Source of the DNA: a virus
Length of the DNA: 64,000 nt
Reading direction: 5' to 3' (one strand)
IMG/VR virus record: IMGVR_UViG_3300030430_004661
Span: 10,512 to 74,511 of that record
Shown here: positions 1-8,773 of the stretch, one piece after another
Numbering within the stretch: the first letter of the stretch is position 1
How the letters are laid out: each line of letters opens with the position of its first letter
Program-made: the position numbers and the translations under genes
The notes under the pieces: generated by a model
The model's input: only the letters and a program-made list of their open reading frames with translations
Database searches by the model: none
Told to the model about the DNA's origin: nothing

Positions 1-183
1 AATGCCGACAGAAAAGAAGGCTACGTCTCAGTGTGGGGCTGCAACCACAATATAGCAAAAATAGCAAATAGATGTAGAAAAGATATCATAAGAATTGATG
101 AAAATTGTGATGGAGTATCTCTTTATATTAAGAGGAAAGCATTTCGAGGTGTTGTATATGCTTTTCGCAATACAAAGGACTAA
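1..183 (+). CDS. Partial hypothetical protein (5' end outside window)
   Basis: Frame 1 open from base 1 (NADRKEGYVSVWGC...FRNTKD) to TAA at 181-183, just before the next ATG at 187. Confidence 0.6.
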   Translation, partial: NADRKEGYVSVWGCNHNIAKIANRCRKDIIRIDENCDGVSLYIKRKAFRGVVYAFRNTKD

Positions 184-186
184 AAA

Positions 187-597
187 ATGAAAGATGACAA
201 CAAACCAGTATCGTCAGACGATATGATAATGAAGCTAGCAAGTATTATAAAAAACGGACTAGCATTTGATGAAAAAATCACAGACCAACAAAAAGACACT
301 TACAGGGCTGATCTAGTTGCATTTATAGCAGAAACGCCTTATTATGCGGCTTTTTATGATCATGATACCATGACAATAATGGTTGAGACTAGTTACTTTG
401 ATCCCCTCCTTTGTGTAGATATCACAAATGATGGGATCTATTTTCTTCCACTCACAGAAAAGGGATATTACAGAGCATTTATAAAAGTAGTAGAGTTTAT
501 CATGCTACAGAAAAAGAAATTTAATGACGTACAAGAAGAACAACAGCAGGAGAAAGAAGTTGAGCCCAAGCAGATCCCAAACTTCGACTTCTTATAG
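187..597 (+). CDS. Hypothetical protein
   Basis: 136-aa ORF in a tightly packed + strand array; no recognisable motif. Confidence 0.75.
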   Translation: MKDDNKPVSSDDMIMKLASIIKNGLAFDEKITDQQKDTYRADLVAFIAETPYYAAFYDHDTMTIMVETSYFDPLLCVDITNDGIYFLPLTEKGYYRAFIKVVEFIMLQKKKFNDVQEEQQQEKEVEPKQIPNFDFL

Positions 598-604
598 AAA
601 AGCT

Positions 605-934
605 ATGAAAGTATTTTACTTAAATCGCCTTGAAGATGAATCCGGTATATCAGGTACCGGTCGTGTAGCTCAGGGTTTTATATTTGACAACGGCAAGGTT
701 GCTCTGACATGGCTTTCAGAACACCCGTCAGTCACAATTTATGATAATATTGGTGAGGTTAGAGCAATCCACTCTCATGATGGTAAAACCGAGATTGAAA
801 TGGTACCAGACTATAAGAGAGCATTTAACGAATTAAAATCGTTCATGGATAACTTTTCACTAAAAGAGGCTTTTTCTTCAAAAGTCCCAGTGGATTCACC
901 AGCAGCAAAAATGTTAGACAACAAGGAGAACTAA
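605..934 (+). CDS. Phage hypothetical protein
   Basis: ATG at 605 follows the upstream stop; MKVFYLNRLEDESGISGTGRVAQGFIFDNGKVAL..W resembles a common small phage protein family. Confidence 0.75.
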   Translation: MKVFYLNRLEDESGISGTGRVAQGFIFDNGKVALTWLSEHPSVTIYDNIGEVRAIHSHDGKTEIEMVPDYKRAFNELKSFMDNFSLKEAFSSKVPVDSPAAKMLDNKEN

Positions 935-1182
935 TGGACAGCATATCAGACAACCTAATGGAGCTCTCAAAGCTTCTACAAGACAGTGATCCAGAAACTC
1001 AAGTAATGTTTGCGCAAATATTTGAACTTTCTAGAAAAATGGCCGAAAAAGGAATAACGGTACAACACCTACAAATGTTAGTTATTGTCGGCCATCAAGT
1101 ATCACAAAATCCTGAACTAAAGCAAATGTATCAATATCTTTTCAACATGACGAAATTTAATCCAAACGATACATTTCATTAA
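934..1182 (+). CDS. Hypothetical protein
   Basis: 82 aa, AAGGAG Shine-Dalgarno, TAATG stop/start overlap. Confidence 0.75.
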   Translation: MDSISDNLMELSKLLQDSDPETQVMFAQIFELSRKMAEKGITVQHLQMLVIVGHQVSQNPELKQMYQYLFNMTKFNPNDTFH

Positions 1183-1200
1183 CATATTAGGACTAATCTG

Positions 1201-1236
1201 CCTCGTTTCTCTATTTATAGTGAACGAGGTTTTTTT
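1201..1236 (+). terminator. Hairpin plus U-tract (intrinsic terminator-like) overlapping a CTATTTAT motif and the RBS of the next gene
   Basis: CCTCGTT (1201-1207) pairs with AACGAGG (1223-1229), followed by seven T (1230-1236). Confidence 0.6.
1211..1218 (+). promoter_or_regulatory. CTATTTAT motif, candidate phage late promoter
   Basis: Same octamer found in four intergenic gaps upstream of late-type genes. Confidence 0.55.
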
Positions 1237-1239
1237 ATT

Positions 1240-4200
1240 ATGAATAGAAGATTGATCGGGGCTAGTGTATTGAAGCACCCCATTGTCAAGAGGCTGTTAG
1301 AGTCTCGCATGTTTACCACCAGCGAAGTTATAAGGATAGTTGCTGAAGAGCTTTCTGCCGAAGAGGTAAACGCTTTTTTAAATGCAGCAAAAGAAGATCC
1401 CAAAAAAGGTGCCACAAAAGCCTACAGAGATTTAGCAAAAAAATATCATCCTGATAGAAATAAAGACGACCCAGAAGCAGAGGTTGCATTTAAACAAGCA
1501 ACTAATTTGAACAACATTATTAGCGGTAAAGACCCTAGCATGCTAAAAGATGAATTGACTGTAAAAGCACTTAAAGCCGCTGGATACTCTGATCAACAAA
1601 TCCAGTCTTTTCAAGGATCTCAAAAAATAGATTTACAAGCAGAGCCGGGTAAAGAAACAGAAGATAAGCCCGCAGCAGGACAAGAAGACATTGATGCAAC
1701 AAAAGAAGAAGTCATATCTGCTAAAAAATTCCAAGAACAGTTAAAATCTGTCTACGATGCTTTCGAAGCAGTATTAAAAAAGTACGCCGACAATGCTGAG
1801 GGACTTTATTCAATAGAGGCTGTTAAGGAGTTGGTTCCTGTTTTAAAAGAAAACATGTTGACCGAGCAAGATGAAGATATTGAAAAGCTCATCACGGATG
1901 ACGCAACAGAATCTATCAAGAGAATAGCAAAAGCACTGAACGATCTGAAAGCAGAAATAAATAAAGAAGTCCAAGAGATCATGAAAGCCACACAGGAAGA
2001 AACTGCTGTTGCCGTAACAGAAGAGAGAGGCTCTGGTGCTTTTTTGAAACCAAAAGAATTTAAAGATTGGTATAAGAAAAACATAAAAGATAAGTTTCCC
2101 GGAGCCAACCTAGGTAAAATATTGCAAGTTCTTAAGAAAGAACTAGCAGATGTTGGAATAGGGTACGGAACACTTTTAAAAGAGTACTTAGATAAAAATG
2201 ATTTAATGAAAGCATTAGTAGATGCTGGTGCTATACCTGATAACCAAATAGCGCCACAGTTGACTGGTCAAATTGTAATTTTCTTAAAATCTATGGCTCA
2301 AAAACACAAATGGCCAGATCCTAAAAAACCAGAAGAAGCAACTCCTGAACCTGCCCCTCTAACCGTTCAACAAAAGTCTTTTCCACTTGCTGTCCTCATG
2401 AAAGGTGAGTTGACAACGCAAGAGCATGGGCAACTTGTTAAGGCCACAAAAATATACGGAGATCTATACAAAAGAATACAGCGTTGGGTTAAAATTTATG
2501 GTTTGCTTGCTAGGTTTATTAGTAGTAGTACAAAGAAATTAACAGGACAAGAAGATCCTCCACAGCAAAAATTAATCGCTCAGGTGCAACAACTACAGTT
2601 GCCTAAATTACCAGACCCTCCACCTCCTGATCCCGATCCTGATCCAACTCCAGAGCCCGATCCTCAGCCCGAAGAAGACGAAGAAGAAGAGGAAGACGAA
2701 GGTATATTTATTCCTGTGCAAGAGTTCAATAAACTGTTTGATGCCTTGGAGCCAAACTATGAAATGTTTGAAAATAGATTTCTTAAGACACCATTCCTAG
2801 GAACAGCTGCAAAAATCTTTAACGGCCTGTATGACGGGCTAAAACAGTTTGACAATGCTGCTCAACAAGCAGGGCAAGCAAACCTAACGACAGCAGATAT
2901 TGCTGATGAACAATCACCAGCAACAGATAGACAACAAGCACCAGCAAAAAGAGATGACCTTTATGAACAAGACACTGGTCTTGGAGAAAATATTAGACCG
3001 CAACTTATGGAAATATTAAAAGAGTTGAGGCCTCAAGTTAAAGAAGTTGTTGATCTAATCGATAGATATTTTGAAACTGTCAAATCACAACCAACAGGTG
3101 AGGATGATGAAAGATCTACAACCATTGGTGGTGGGGTTATAGAAGAAAAAATAACCACAATAATGGATTCAATACAGAATAATTTAGGTGAACTTAACGA
3201 GCTTCTATCAAGACTCGGTGCTAAAAAAGGTGATTTCTATTCTTTGAAAGAACAAGAAGAGGAAGCAGGAGCACCAGATACACCAGAGTCATTTACCGAT
3301 AAAGGCAAGGGTAAGAGAAAACGTAGAAACAAAGTTCCAAGGGCTGAGCGAATAAAAATGGTCAGAAATGTTTATAGGCAAGTTGTTTCTAACTTAGTTG
3401 AGTTTATCACCGCTGTTGAAGGTCTAAGAGGCGTAGACTCAGTGGACTACACAAAGCAAATGAGGCCTTTAATTGAGAACTCCCTAGACGAACTTGATAC
3501 CATAAGAAACTTTTTTCCGACAATGGCTCCTTTTGGCAAGGCTAAGAACGCCAAAGAAAAAAGAGAAGTAAGAAAACAAGCAAAAAATCTTGGTCGAAAA
3601 CTTAATGATATCGTTGACCGTCTCAATAGAATGGTCAGACAGAAAGATCCTGATAGAAAAGAAAAACAACAGTCTCGCGGAGGAGTGCCCCAACAAGGCG
3701 ATCAGACAGTTCCAGATCAAAAAGTTGACAATTTACAAGAGCAACAAAACTTTGATAAAAGCACCTTGAAAGAATTAATTGAGTTGACATTAACATCTTC
3801 TAAGATGATTCAAGATGCATTCGGAGCAGACTCAAAGATAGGAAAGGTCGTCGCTCAAAAGAGAGAAATCAAAGATACAGATGCTGCCCCTACGGCTGCT
3901 GGTGAAAAGGCAATTAAAGCTGGAAAAGCCACAACACCAGAGGATCCTGTGGCCGGTGAAGAAGATGAATCCAAAGCAGCGTTCAACGAAGTTGATAGTC
4001 CTCAAGAGGCCTTAACAGCATACAGAGATTTAAAATCAGTTATAAAAACCAGAATGGGAATTATAAAAGATCTTGCTCCTAACAGCTCGTGGAAAAATGA
4101 TCCAATGTATACATACATATTTTATGTTTTTCTCAAAAATGATTTTGAAAGTGTGGTCAAAGAACAGGATGAACCTAAGATAGGGTCACCAACTGGGCCC

Positions 4201-4587
4201 GGACTTGATAAATTAGGCTTAACAGTTGACAAGGTTAAGTTTTTGAAAAACGTTGTGAAAGCAAGGGCACTAAAGAAAGACGATGATGGAAACCCAGATA
4301 ATCCTGATCTATACTTTTTCTACACCGGAGTAGCAAAAATAATATCAGACCCCAAAAGAAGAAGAATATTCATGGAGAAAGTGATAGAACCTTTAGACGA
4401 TAGAACAAAGAAACAACAAAGAAAATTCAACCTCAATGCACAAGACTTGAGAACATTTATTGTGAAAGCGGTAGAGATGAGAGATGCTGCGGAAAGAGAT
4501 CCAACTGCTGGAACTGCCAATGAAAACTTAGAAAGAAAAATTATTAACAAACTCAAACCAATTATTGAAAGGATGTTACATGGCTAA
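1240..4587 (+). CDS. Large J-domain (DnaJ-like) protein, possibly a virion-packaged internal protein
   Basis: KAYRDLAKKYHPDRNKDDPEAEVAFKQ has the HPD J-domain signature; remainder is helical and acidic with a Pro/Asp linker and repeated [LV]xEQ motifs. Confidence 0.75.
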   Translation: MNRRLIGASVLKHPIVKRLLESRMFTTSEVIRIVAEELSAEEVNAFLNAAKEDPKKGATKAYRDLAKKYHPDRNKDDPEAEVAFKQATNLNNIISGKDPSMLKDELTVKALKAAGYSDQQIQSFQGSQKIDLQAEPGKETEDKPAAGQEDIDATKEEVISAKKFQEQLKSVYDAFEAVLKKYADNAEGLYSIEAVKELVPVLKENMLTEQDEDIEKLITDDATESIKRIAKALNDLKAEINKEVQEIMKATQEETAVAVTEERGSGAFLKPKEFKDWYKKNIKDKFPGANLGKILQVLKKELADVGIGYGTLLKEYLDKNDLMKALVDAGAIPDNQIAPQLTGQIVIFLKSMAQKHKWPDPKKPEEATPEPAPLTVQQKSFPLAVLMKGELTTQEHGQLVKATKIYGDLYKRIQRWVKIYGLLARFISSSTKKLTGQEDPPQQKLIAQVQQLQLPKLPDPPPPDPDPDPTPEPDPQPEEDEEEEEDEGIFIPVQEFNKLFDALEPNYEMFENRFLKTPFLGTAAKIFNGLYDGLKQFDNAAQQAGQANLTTADIADEQSPATDRQQAPAKRDDLYEQDTGLGENIRPQLMEILKELRPQVKEVVDLIDRYFETVKSQPTGEDDERSTTIGGGVIEEKITTIMDSIQNNLGELNELLSRLGAKKGDFYSLKEQEEEAGAPDTPESFTDKGKGKRKRRNKVPRAERIKMVRNVYRQVVSNLVEFITAVEGLRGVDSVDYTKQMRPLIENSLDELDTIRNFFPTMAPFGKAKNAKEKREVRKQAKNLGRKLNDIVDRLNRMVRQKDPDRKEKQQSRGGVPQQGDQTVPDQKVDNLQEQQNFDKSTLKELIELTLTSSKMIQDAFGADSKIGKVVAQKREIKDTDAAPTAAGEKAIKAGKATTPEDPVAGEEDESKAAFNEVDSPQEALTAYRDLKSVIKTRMGIIKDLAPNSSWKNDPMYTYIFYVFLKNDFESVVKEQDEPKIGSPTGPGLDKLGLTVDKVKFLKNVVKARALKKDDDGNPDNPDLYFFYTGVAKIISDPKRRRIFMEKVIEPLDDRTKKQQRKFNLNAQDLRTFIVKAVEMRDAAERDPTAGTANENLERKIINKLKPIIERMLHG

Positions 4588-5911
4588 AAAAAATTACGTG
4601 ATCGATACGTCGGTCTTTTTATCTGATTCTCGTTGTATATACAAGTTCGGAAATGCAGACTTATTCATTGCCTATAAAGTTCTAGAAGAAATTGATAAAC
4701 ACAAGAAGCGACAGGACTCTGTTGGTTTTCATGCACGTCAAACAATCAAGATCTTAGATGAACTTCGTGCAAAAGGGTCTCTTGCAACTGGCGTAAGACT
4801 TGAAAAAGGTAAGGGAGTGTTCAAAGTTGAAGAAGGACAGATAACTCTACCAGACGGACTTTCTATGAAAGTACCAGATCATCAAATATTGGCAACTGCT
4901 CTATACGTCAAAGAGTCCAATCCTAGACGAAAGACAATTGTTGTGTCGCGTGACATAAACATGAGAGTTATAGCTGATGCAATTGGCATTGAAGCAGAGG
5001 AATACCAAACAGTCAAAGCAGTTGAAAGCACTGACAAGATCTATACAGGCTATCAAGAGATTGTTGTTGACGACGAACTGGTTGAACAATTTTACAACGA
5101 CGAAGAAATACGACTCGACGAAGAGTTGTTAAAAACACAAAAAGTCAAGCTCTATGCAAACCAGTTTGTTATGTTAATTTCTTCCTCTAATCCGAAGAAA
5201 ACTGCACTTGCAAGGTACATAGATATGGTACACCCCCTTGACAAGATTAGAGATCGAAAACATGAGACATCTTGGGGAATTTTACCAAGAAACAAGGAAC
5301 AAACGTTTGCGTTTGATCTGTTGTTTGACGACACAATTCCATTTGTCTCTTTGATTGGTCGAGCAGGCTCTGGAAAAACTCTCATGGCAATCGCTGCTGG
5401 GATGGAGCAAACACTAGGAATGCATGGTAATAAGTACAGAAAGCTCGTAGTGTCAAGACCCGTACAACCCATGGGAAAAGATATTGGCTTCTTACCCGGT
5501 GACCTAAAAGAAAAAATGATGCCATGGTTGGCACCGATCCAAGATAACCTTGAAATGATAATAGGACAGGATAAAGTCGTATTTAAGCAGTTTTTAGAAC
5601 AAGGAAAGATCGAGATAGAGGCCCTTACCTATATTCGTGGTAGATCGATTAACAACGCCTTTATGATCATTGACGAGGCACAAAACCTCACAGCACATGA
5701 AGTTAAAACAATCATCACTAGAGTTGGTGAAAACACAAAGGTTGTTCTAACCGGCGACATTGAACAGATAGACAATATCTATACAAATGAAACCTCAAAC
5801 GGGCTCACTTATGCCGTTGAAAAGTTCAAAGAACACGACCTCGCCGGACATGTTACCTTTATGAAAGGTGAAAGGTCGCGAATCGCTACCTTGGCATCAA
5901 AGATCCTCTAA
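4580..5911 (+). CDS. phoH: PIN domain-PhoH ATPase fusion (PhoH2/YlaK type)
   Basis: N-terminal PIN (YVIDTSVFL, EEID, DHQIL, SRDINMR); Walker A GRAGSGKT; GFLPGDLKEKM, YIRGRS, IIDEAQN, GDIEQID. Confidence 0.93.
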   Translation: MAKKNYVIDTSVFLSDSRCIYKFGNADLFIAYKVLEEIDKHKKRQDSVGFHARQTIKILDELRAKGSLATGVRLEKGKGVFKVEEGQITLPDGLSMKVPDHQILATALYVKESNPRRKTIVVSRDINMRVIADAIGIEAEEYQTVKAVESTDKIYTGYQEIVVDDELVEQFYNDEEIRLDEELLKTQKVKLYANQFVMLISSSNPKKTALARYIDMVHPLDKIRDRKHETSWGILPRNKEQTFAFDLLFDDTIPFVSLIGRAGSGKTLMAIAAGMEQTLGMHGNKYRKLVVSRPVQPMGKDIGFLPGDLKEKMMPWLAPIQDNLEMIIGQDKVVFKQFLEQGKIEIEALTYIRGRSINNAFMIIDEAQNLTAHEVKTIITRVGENTKVVLTGDIEQIDNIYTNETSNGLTYAVEKFKEHDLAGHVTFMKGERSRIATLASKIL

Positions 5912-5936
5912 ATGAAATTTTAGAATATATTTATAC

Positions 5937-5965
5937 TTGACAACCGATTGGTTGTGTGTTATATT
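5937..5965 (+). promoter_or_regulatory. Sigma70-type promoter with extended -10
   Basis: TTGACA-17bp-TATATT with TGn; GGAG RBS before ATG 5989. Confidence 0.8.
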
Positions 5966-5988
5966 ACTAATATAACGCTGGAGACATT

Positions 5989-6660
5989 ATGAAGTGGATT
6001 TCAAATTCAATTAACGAATCACAAATCTTAAAGGATCATTACACATTGCATAGTATAGATATAATAGTAAAAGATACATTACCTGACAACGTCGATATAG
6101 ACTTTGTCATAAAATATATCACTACCAGAATACCAAAGTTTTTGATAACTGGGGTTGATATTATATATGTTGGACAATTTGATCATCTTATTGAGAAGGG
6201 TGTGAACGCCTTGTATGAGGACGGAGCAGTATATATAACAAATGATCAAGATGACGAAATGGATATGATTGATGATATAGTGCATGAGCTAGCACATGCT
6301 GTCGAGGTCAATTATTTTGATGTTATCTATGGTGATGGCACTTTAGAAGCAGAATTTTTAAGAAAGCGTAATCAATTACATGACATATTGAAATTAAGCA
6401 ATTTAAAGCCACCTCCGCAACTTTTAATTAATGTGTCGTTTGATCAAGTTATCGATGATTATCTGTACAAAGAAGTTGGGTACACAGCCCTTTGGAATTA
6501 CGTTGTAGGAATATTTCCTTCACCTTACGCAGCGACAAGCTTAAGAGAATATTTTGCTCGTGGCTTTGAAGAATTTTTTATTGGAAACAGAAAAAAGTTG
6601 ACATATTTTAATAGTGTGTTATATTCTAAGTTACAAGATCTTGTAGAATTGGAGGAATAA
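5989..6660 (+). CDS. Putative zinc metallopeptidase-like protein
   Basis: HELAH (HExxH) plus downstream YAATSLREYFARGFE, a third-ligand-type motif of zincin/gluzincin-like folds. Confidence 0.6.
   Translation: MKWISNSINESQILKDHYTLHSIDIIVKDTLPDNVDIDFVIKYITTRIPKFLITGVDIIYVGQFDHLIEKGVNALYEDGAVYITNDQDDEMDMIDDIVHELAHAVEVNYFDVIYGDGTLEAEFLRKRNQLHDILKLSNLKPPPQLLINVSFDQVIDDYLYKEVGYTALWNYVVGIFPSPYAATSLREYFARGFEEFFIGNRKKLTYFNSVLYSKLQDLVELEE
6598..6625 (+). promoter_or_regulatory. Sigma70-type promoter inside the upstream CDS
   Basis: TTGACA-16bp-TATATT with the same GTGTTATA context as the other promoters; GGAGG RBS before 6660. Confidence 0.6.
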
Positions 6661-7436
6661 TGCATATATCTTTTTCAGAACTTAAAATGTGGGCAGAGTG
6701 TCCATGGAAGCACCGGCTTGTCTATATTGATAAAATAAAGAAGTTTGTCGGAAATGAATTTACAGCCTTTGGATCAGCGCTTCACACTCTTTGTGAGCAT
6801 GCGATTGTTGATAAGATCCAAGACGATGAGTATGATGAATTTTTCGAACACAGCTTTGAAAAAGAAATCGCAAAACTACTCGTACGAGGAGCTGAGTTTG
6901 ATCAAAAACTCGTTGATGACATGCTCGATCAAGCAAAAATCCTGTCACCACAAATCATACCAGAGGTTGTAAAACACTTTGATAATTATGAAGTAGTCTC
7001 CGTAGAAGAAATGTTATACGAAGAGATTAAAGACTTTCAGACAGATCATAAGTTCAAAGGCTATATAGACCTAGTTCTCAAAACACCAGACGGTAAATAT
7101 CACATTATTGATTGGAAAACATGCTCTTGGGGTTGGGATGCTAAAAAGAAGTCTGACAAGCTCATAACATACCAATTGACACTGTATAAAAAGTTTTTCT
7201 GTCAAAAACATGATATAGATCCATCGCTTGTTGAAACTCATTTTGCACTACTAAAAAGAACTGCCAAGAAAAATAACGTTGAGATATTTCGTGTGACATC
7301 AGGACCTAGAAAAACAACAAATGCAGTTGATTTATTAACAAGAGCAGTTAAATCAATAAAAAGTGGCCTTAAAATAAAAAATAGAAACTCTTGCACATTC
7401 TGTGAATTTAAGAACACAACTGACTGTCCAAGATAA
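6660..7436 (+). CDS. PD-(D/E)XK (Cas4/RecB-like) exonuclease with probable Fe-S cluster
   Basis: ISFSEL..WAECP, FGSALH, GYIDLV...IIDWKT, YQLTLY, C-terminal CTFC(x7)C. Confidence 0.88.
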   Translation: MHISFSELKMWAECPWKHRLVYIDKIKKFVGNEFTAFGSALHTLCEHAIVDKIQDDEYDEFFEHSFEKEIAKLLVRGAEFDQKLVDDMLDQAKILSPQIIPEVVKHFDNYEVVSVEEMLYEEIKDFQTDHKFKGYIDLVLKTPDGKYHIIDWKTCSWGWDAKKKSDKLITYQLTLYKKFFCQKHDIDPSLVETHFALLKRTAKKNNVEIFRVTSGPRKTTNAVDLLTRAVKSIKSGLKIKNRNSCTFCEFKNTTDCPR

Positions 7437-7460
7437 AATTAATTTTTTTTATTTTTTTTC

Positions 7461-7489
7461 TTGACAAAGTAATTTAATCGTGTTATAAT
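7461..7489 (+). promoter_or_regulatory. Consensus sigma70 promoter upstream of the glycosylation locus
   Basis: TTGACA-17bp-TATAAT with TGn and an AT-rich upstream tract. Confidence 0.88.
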
Positions 7490-7513
7490 ATATTAAACAA
7501 CACGAGGTACGAC

Positions 7514-8773
7514 TTGTCAAAGAAAAAAATATTAACACTATCTGATCATCCTCTCTCGCCGTCCGGTGTCGGAACCCAAACAAGATATATTTGTGAGGCT
7601 CTTCTTGATACCGGGCGGTATTCTATTATTAGTTTGGGAGGCGCGATCAAACATAAGGATTACAGACCAGTTCAGCTAGAACAATATGGTGATGACTGGA
7701 GGATAATCCCTATAGATGGATACGGCACTCAAGAAATGATCCGATCTATTTTAAAAACCGAAAAACCAGATGTCATTTGGTTCATGACCGATCCACGATT
7801 CTGGGGCTGGCTATGGGAGATTGAAAATGAAATTAGGCCACTTTGCCCAATGGTGTATTACCATGTATGGGACAACTACCCTTATCCTTTTTACAACAGG
7901 AATGCTTATTTGTCTAACGACCACATTGTCACTATTTCTAAAGTTACTGACGATATAGTAAGAAATGTAGCACCAGAAGTAAAATGTACATATTTACCAC
8001 ATGCAGTAGATTTAAACTTCTTTAAACCGATGACCGATGAAGAAATTAAATCAATTAGAGATACAACGTTACCAGAACAAGATCGTGATAAAGTAATTTT
8101 CTTCTGGAACAATAGAAATGCACGTCGAAAACAATCTGGTACGCTCATATGGTGGTTCAAAGAGTGGTTAGATAAAAAAGATTTGCACGACAAAGCACAG
8201 CTCATAATGCACACTGAACCTAAAGACCCTCATGGACAGGACCTAGAGCACATAATTAATCATCTTGGGTTGGACCAACGCCAAGTCCTCCTATCAACTC
8301 AGAAAGTACCACCTGAGCATCTAGCATCAATGTATAATTTTGTTGATTGTACAATTAATGTTTCAGATGCTGAGGGATTTGGTTTGGCCACTCTTGAATC
8401 GCTATCCTGCGGCACGCCTATTATCGCCACGATGACAGGAGGTCTTCAGGAGCAAATCACAAACGGTTCTGATTGGTACGGCGTTGGTCTCTTCCCTACT
8501 TCAAAATCAGTCATTGGATCTCAAGATGTTCCGTATATCTATGAAGATAGAATAGATAAAGCGCAGTTTCATTCTGCACTGACCAAGATCTATTCCATGG
8601 GTCATGCAGCCCGAAGAGAAATGGGATTGCAAGGTAGAGATCATGTGATGAAAAACTACAATTTTATCGACTTCAAATCTAAGTGGATCGATCTTATGGA
8701 CAGCGTGCTAGAAAGTGGATCTCATGAAACACGAACAGGATATAACGGAATCAGATTTAAGGAGGTCGCATGA
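7514..8773 (+). CDS. Glycosyltransferase, GT-B/GT4 family
   Basis: SGVGTQ N-terminal motif, NRNARRK, EGFGLATLESLSCGTPII (EX7E); TTG start with GAGG RBS. Confidence 0.9.
   Translation: MSKKKILTLSDHPLSPSGVGTQTRYICEALLDTGRYSIISLGGAIKHKDYRPVQLEQYGDDWRIIPIDGYGTQEMIRSILKTEKPDVIWFMTDPRFWGWLWEIENEIRPLCPMVYYHVWDNYPYPFYNRNAYLSNDHIVTISKVTDDIVRNVAPEVKCTYLPHAVDLNFFKPMTDEEIKSIRDTTLPEQDRDKVIFFWNNRNARRKQSGTLIWWFKEWLDKKDLHDKAQLIMHTEPKDPHGQDLEHIINHLGLDQRQVLLSTQKVPPEHLASMYNFVDCTINVSDAEGFGLATLESLSCGTPIIATMTGGLQEQITNGSDWYGVGLFPTSKSVIGSQDVPYIYEDRIDKAQFHSALTKIYSMGHAARREMGLQGRDHVMKNYNFIDFKSKWIDLMDSVLESGSHETRTGYNGIRFKEVA

Noticed and set aside
2600-2700. CCT/GAT and GAA-rich microrepeat as a separate DNA element
   Set aside because: Simply encodes the PDPDP/poly-Glu linker of the J-domain protein
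6660-7436. Cas4-like gene as part of a CRISPR-Cas system
   Set aside because: No repeat-spacer array or other cas gene seen in the window
7437-7460. T-rich tract as an intrinsic terminator
   Set aside because: No GC-rich stem precedes it; better explained as an UP-element-like tract of the 7461 promoter
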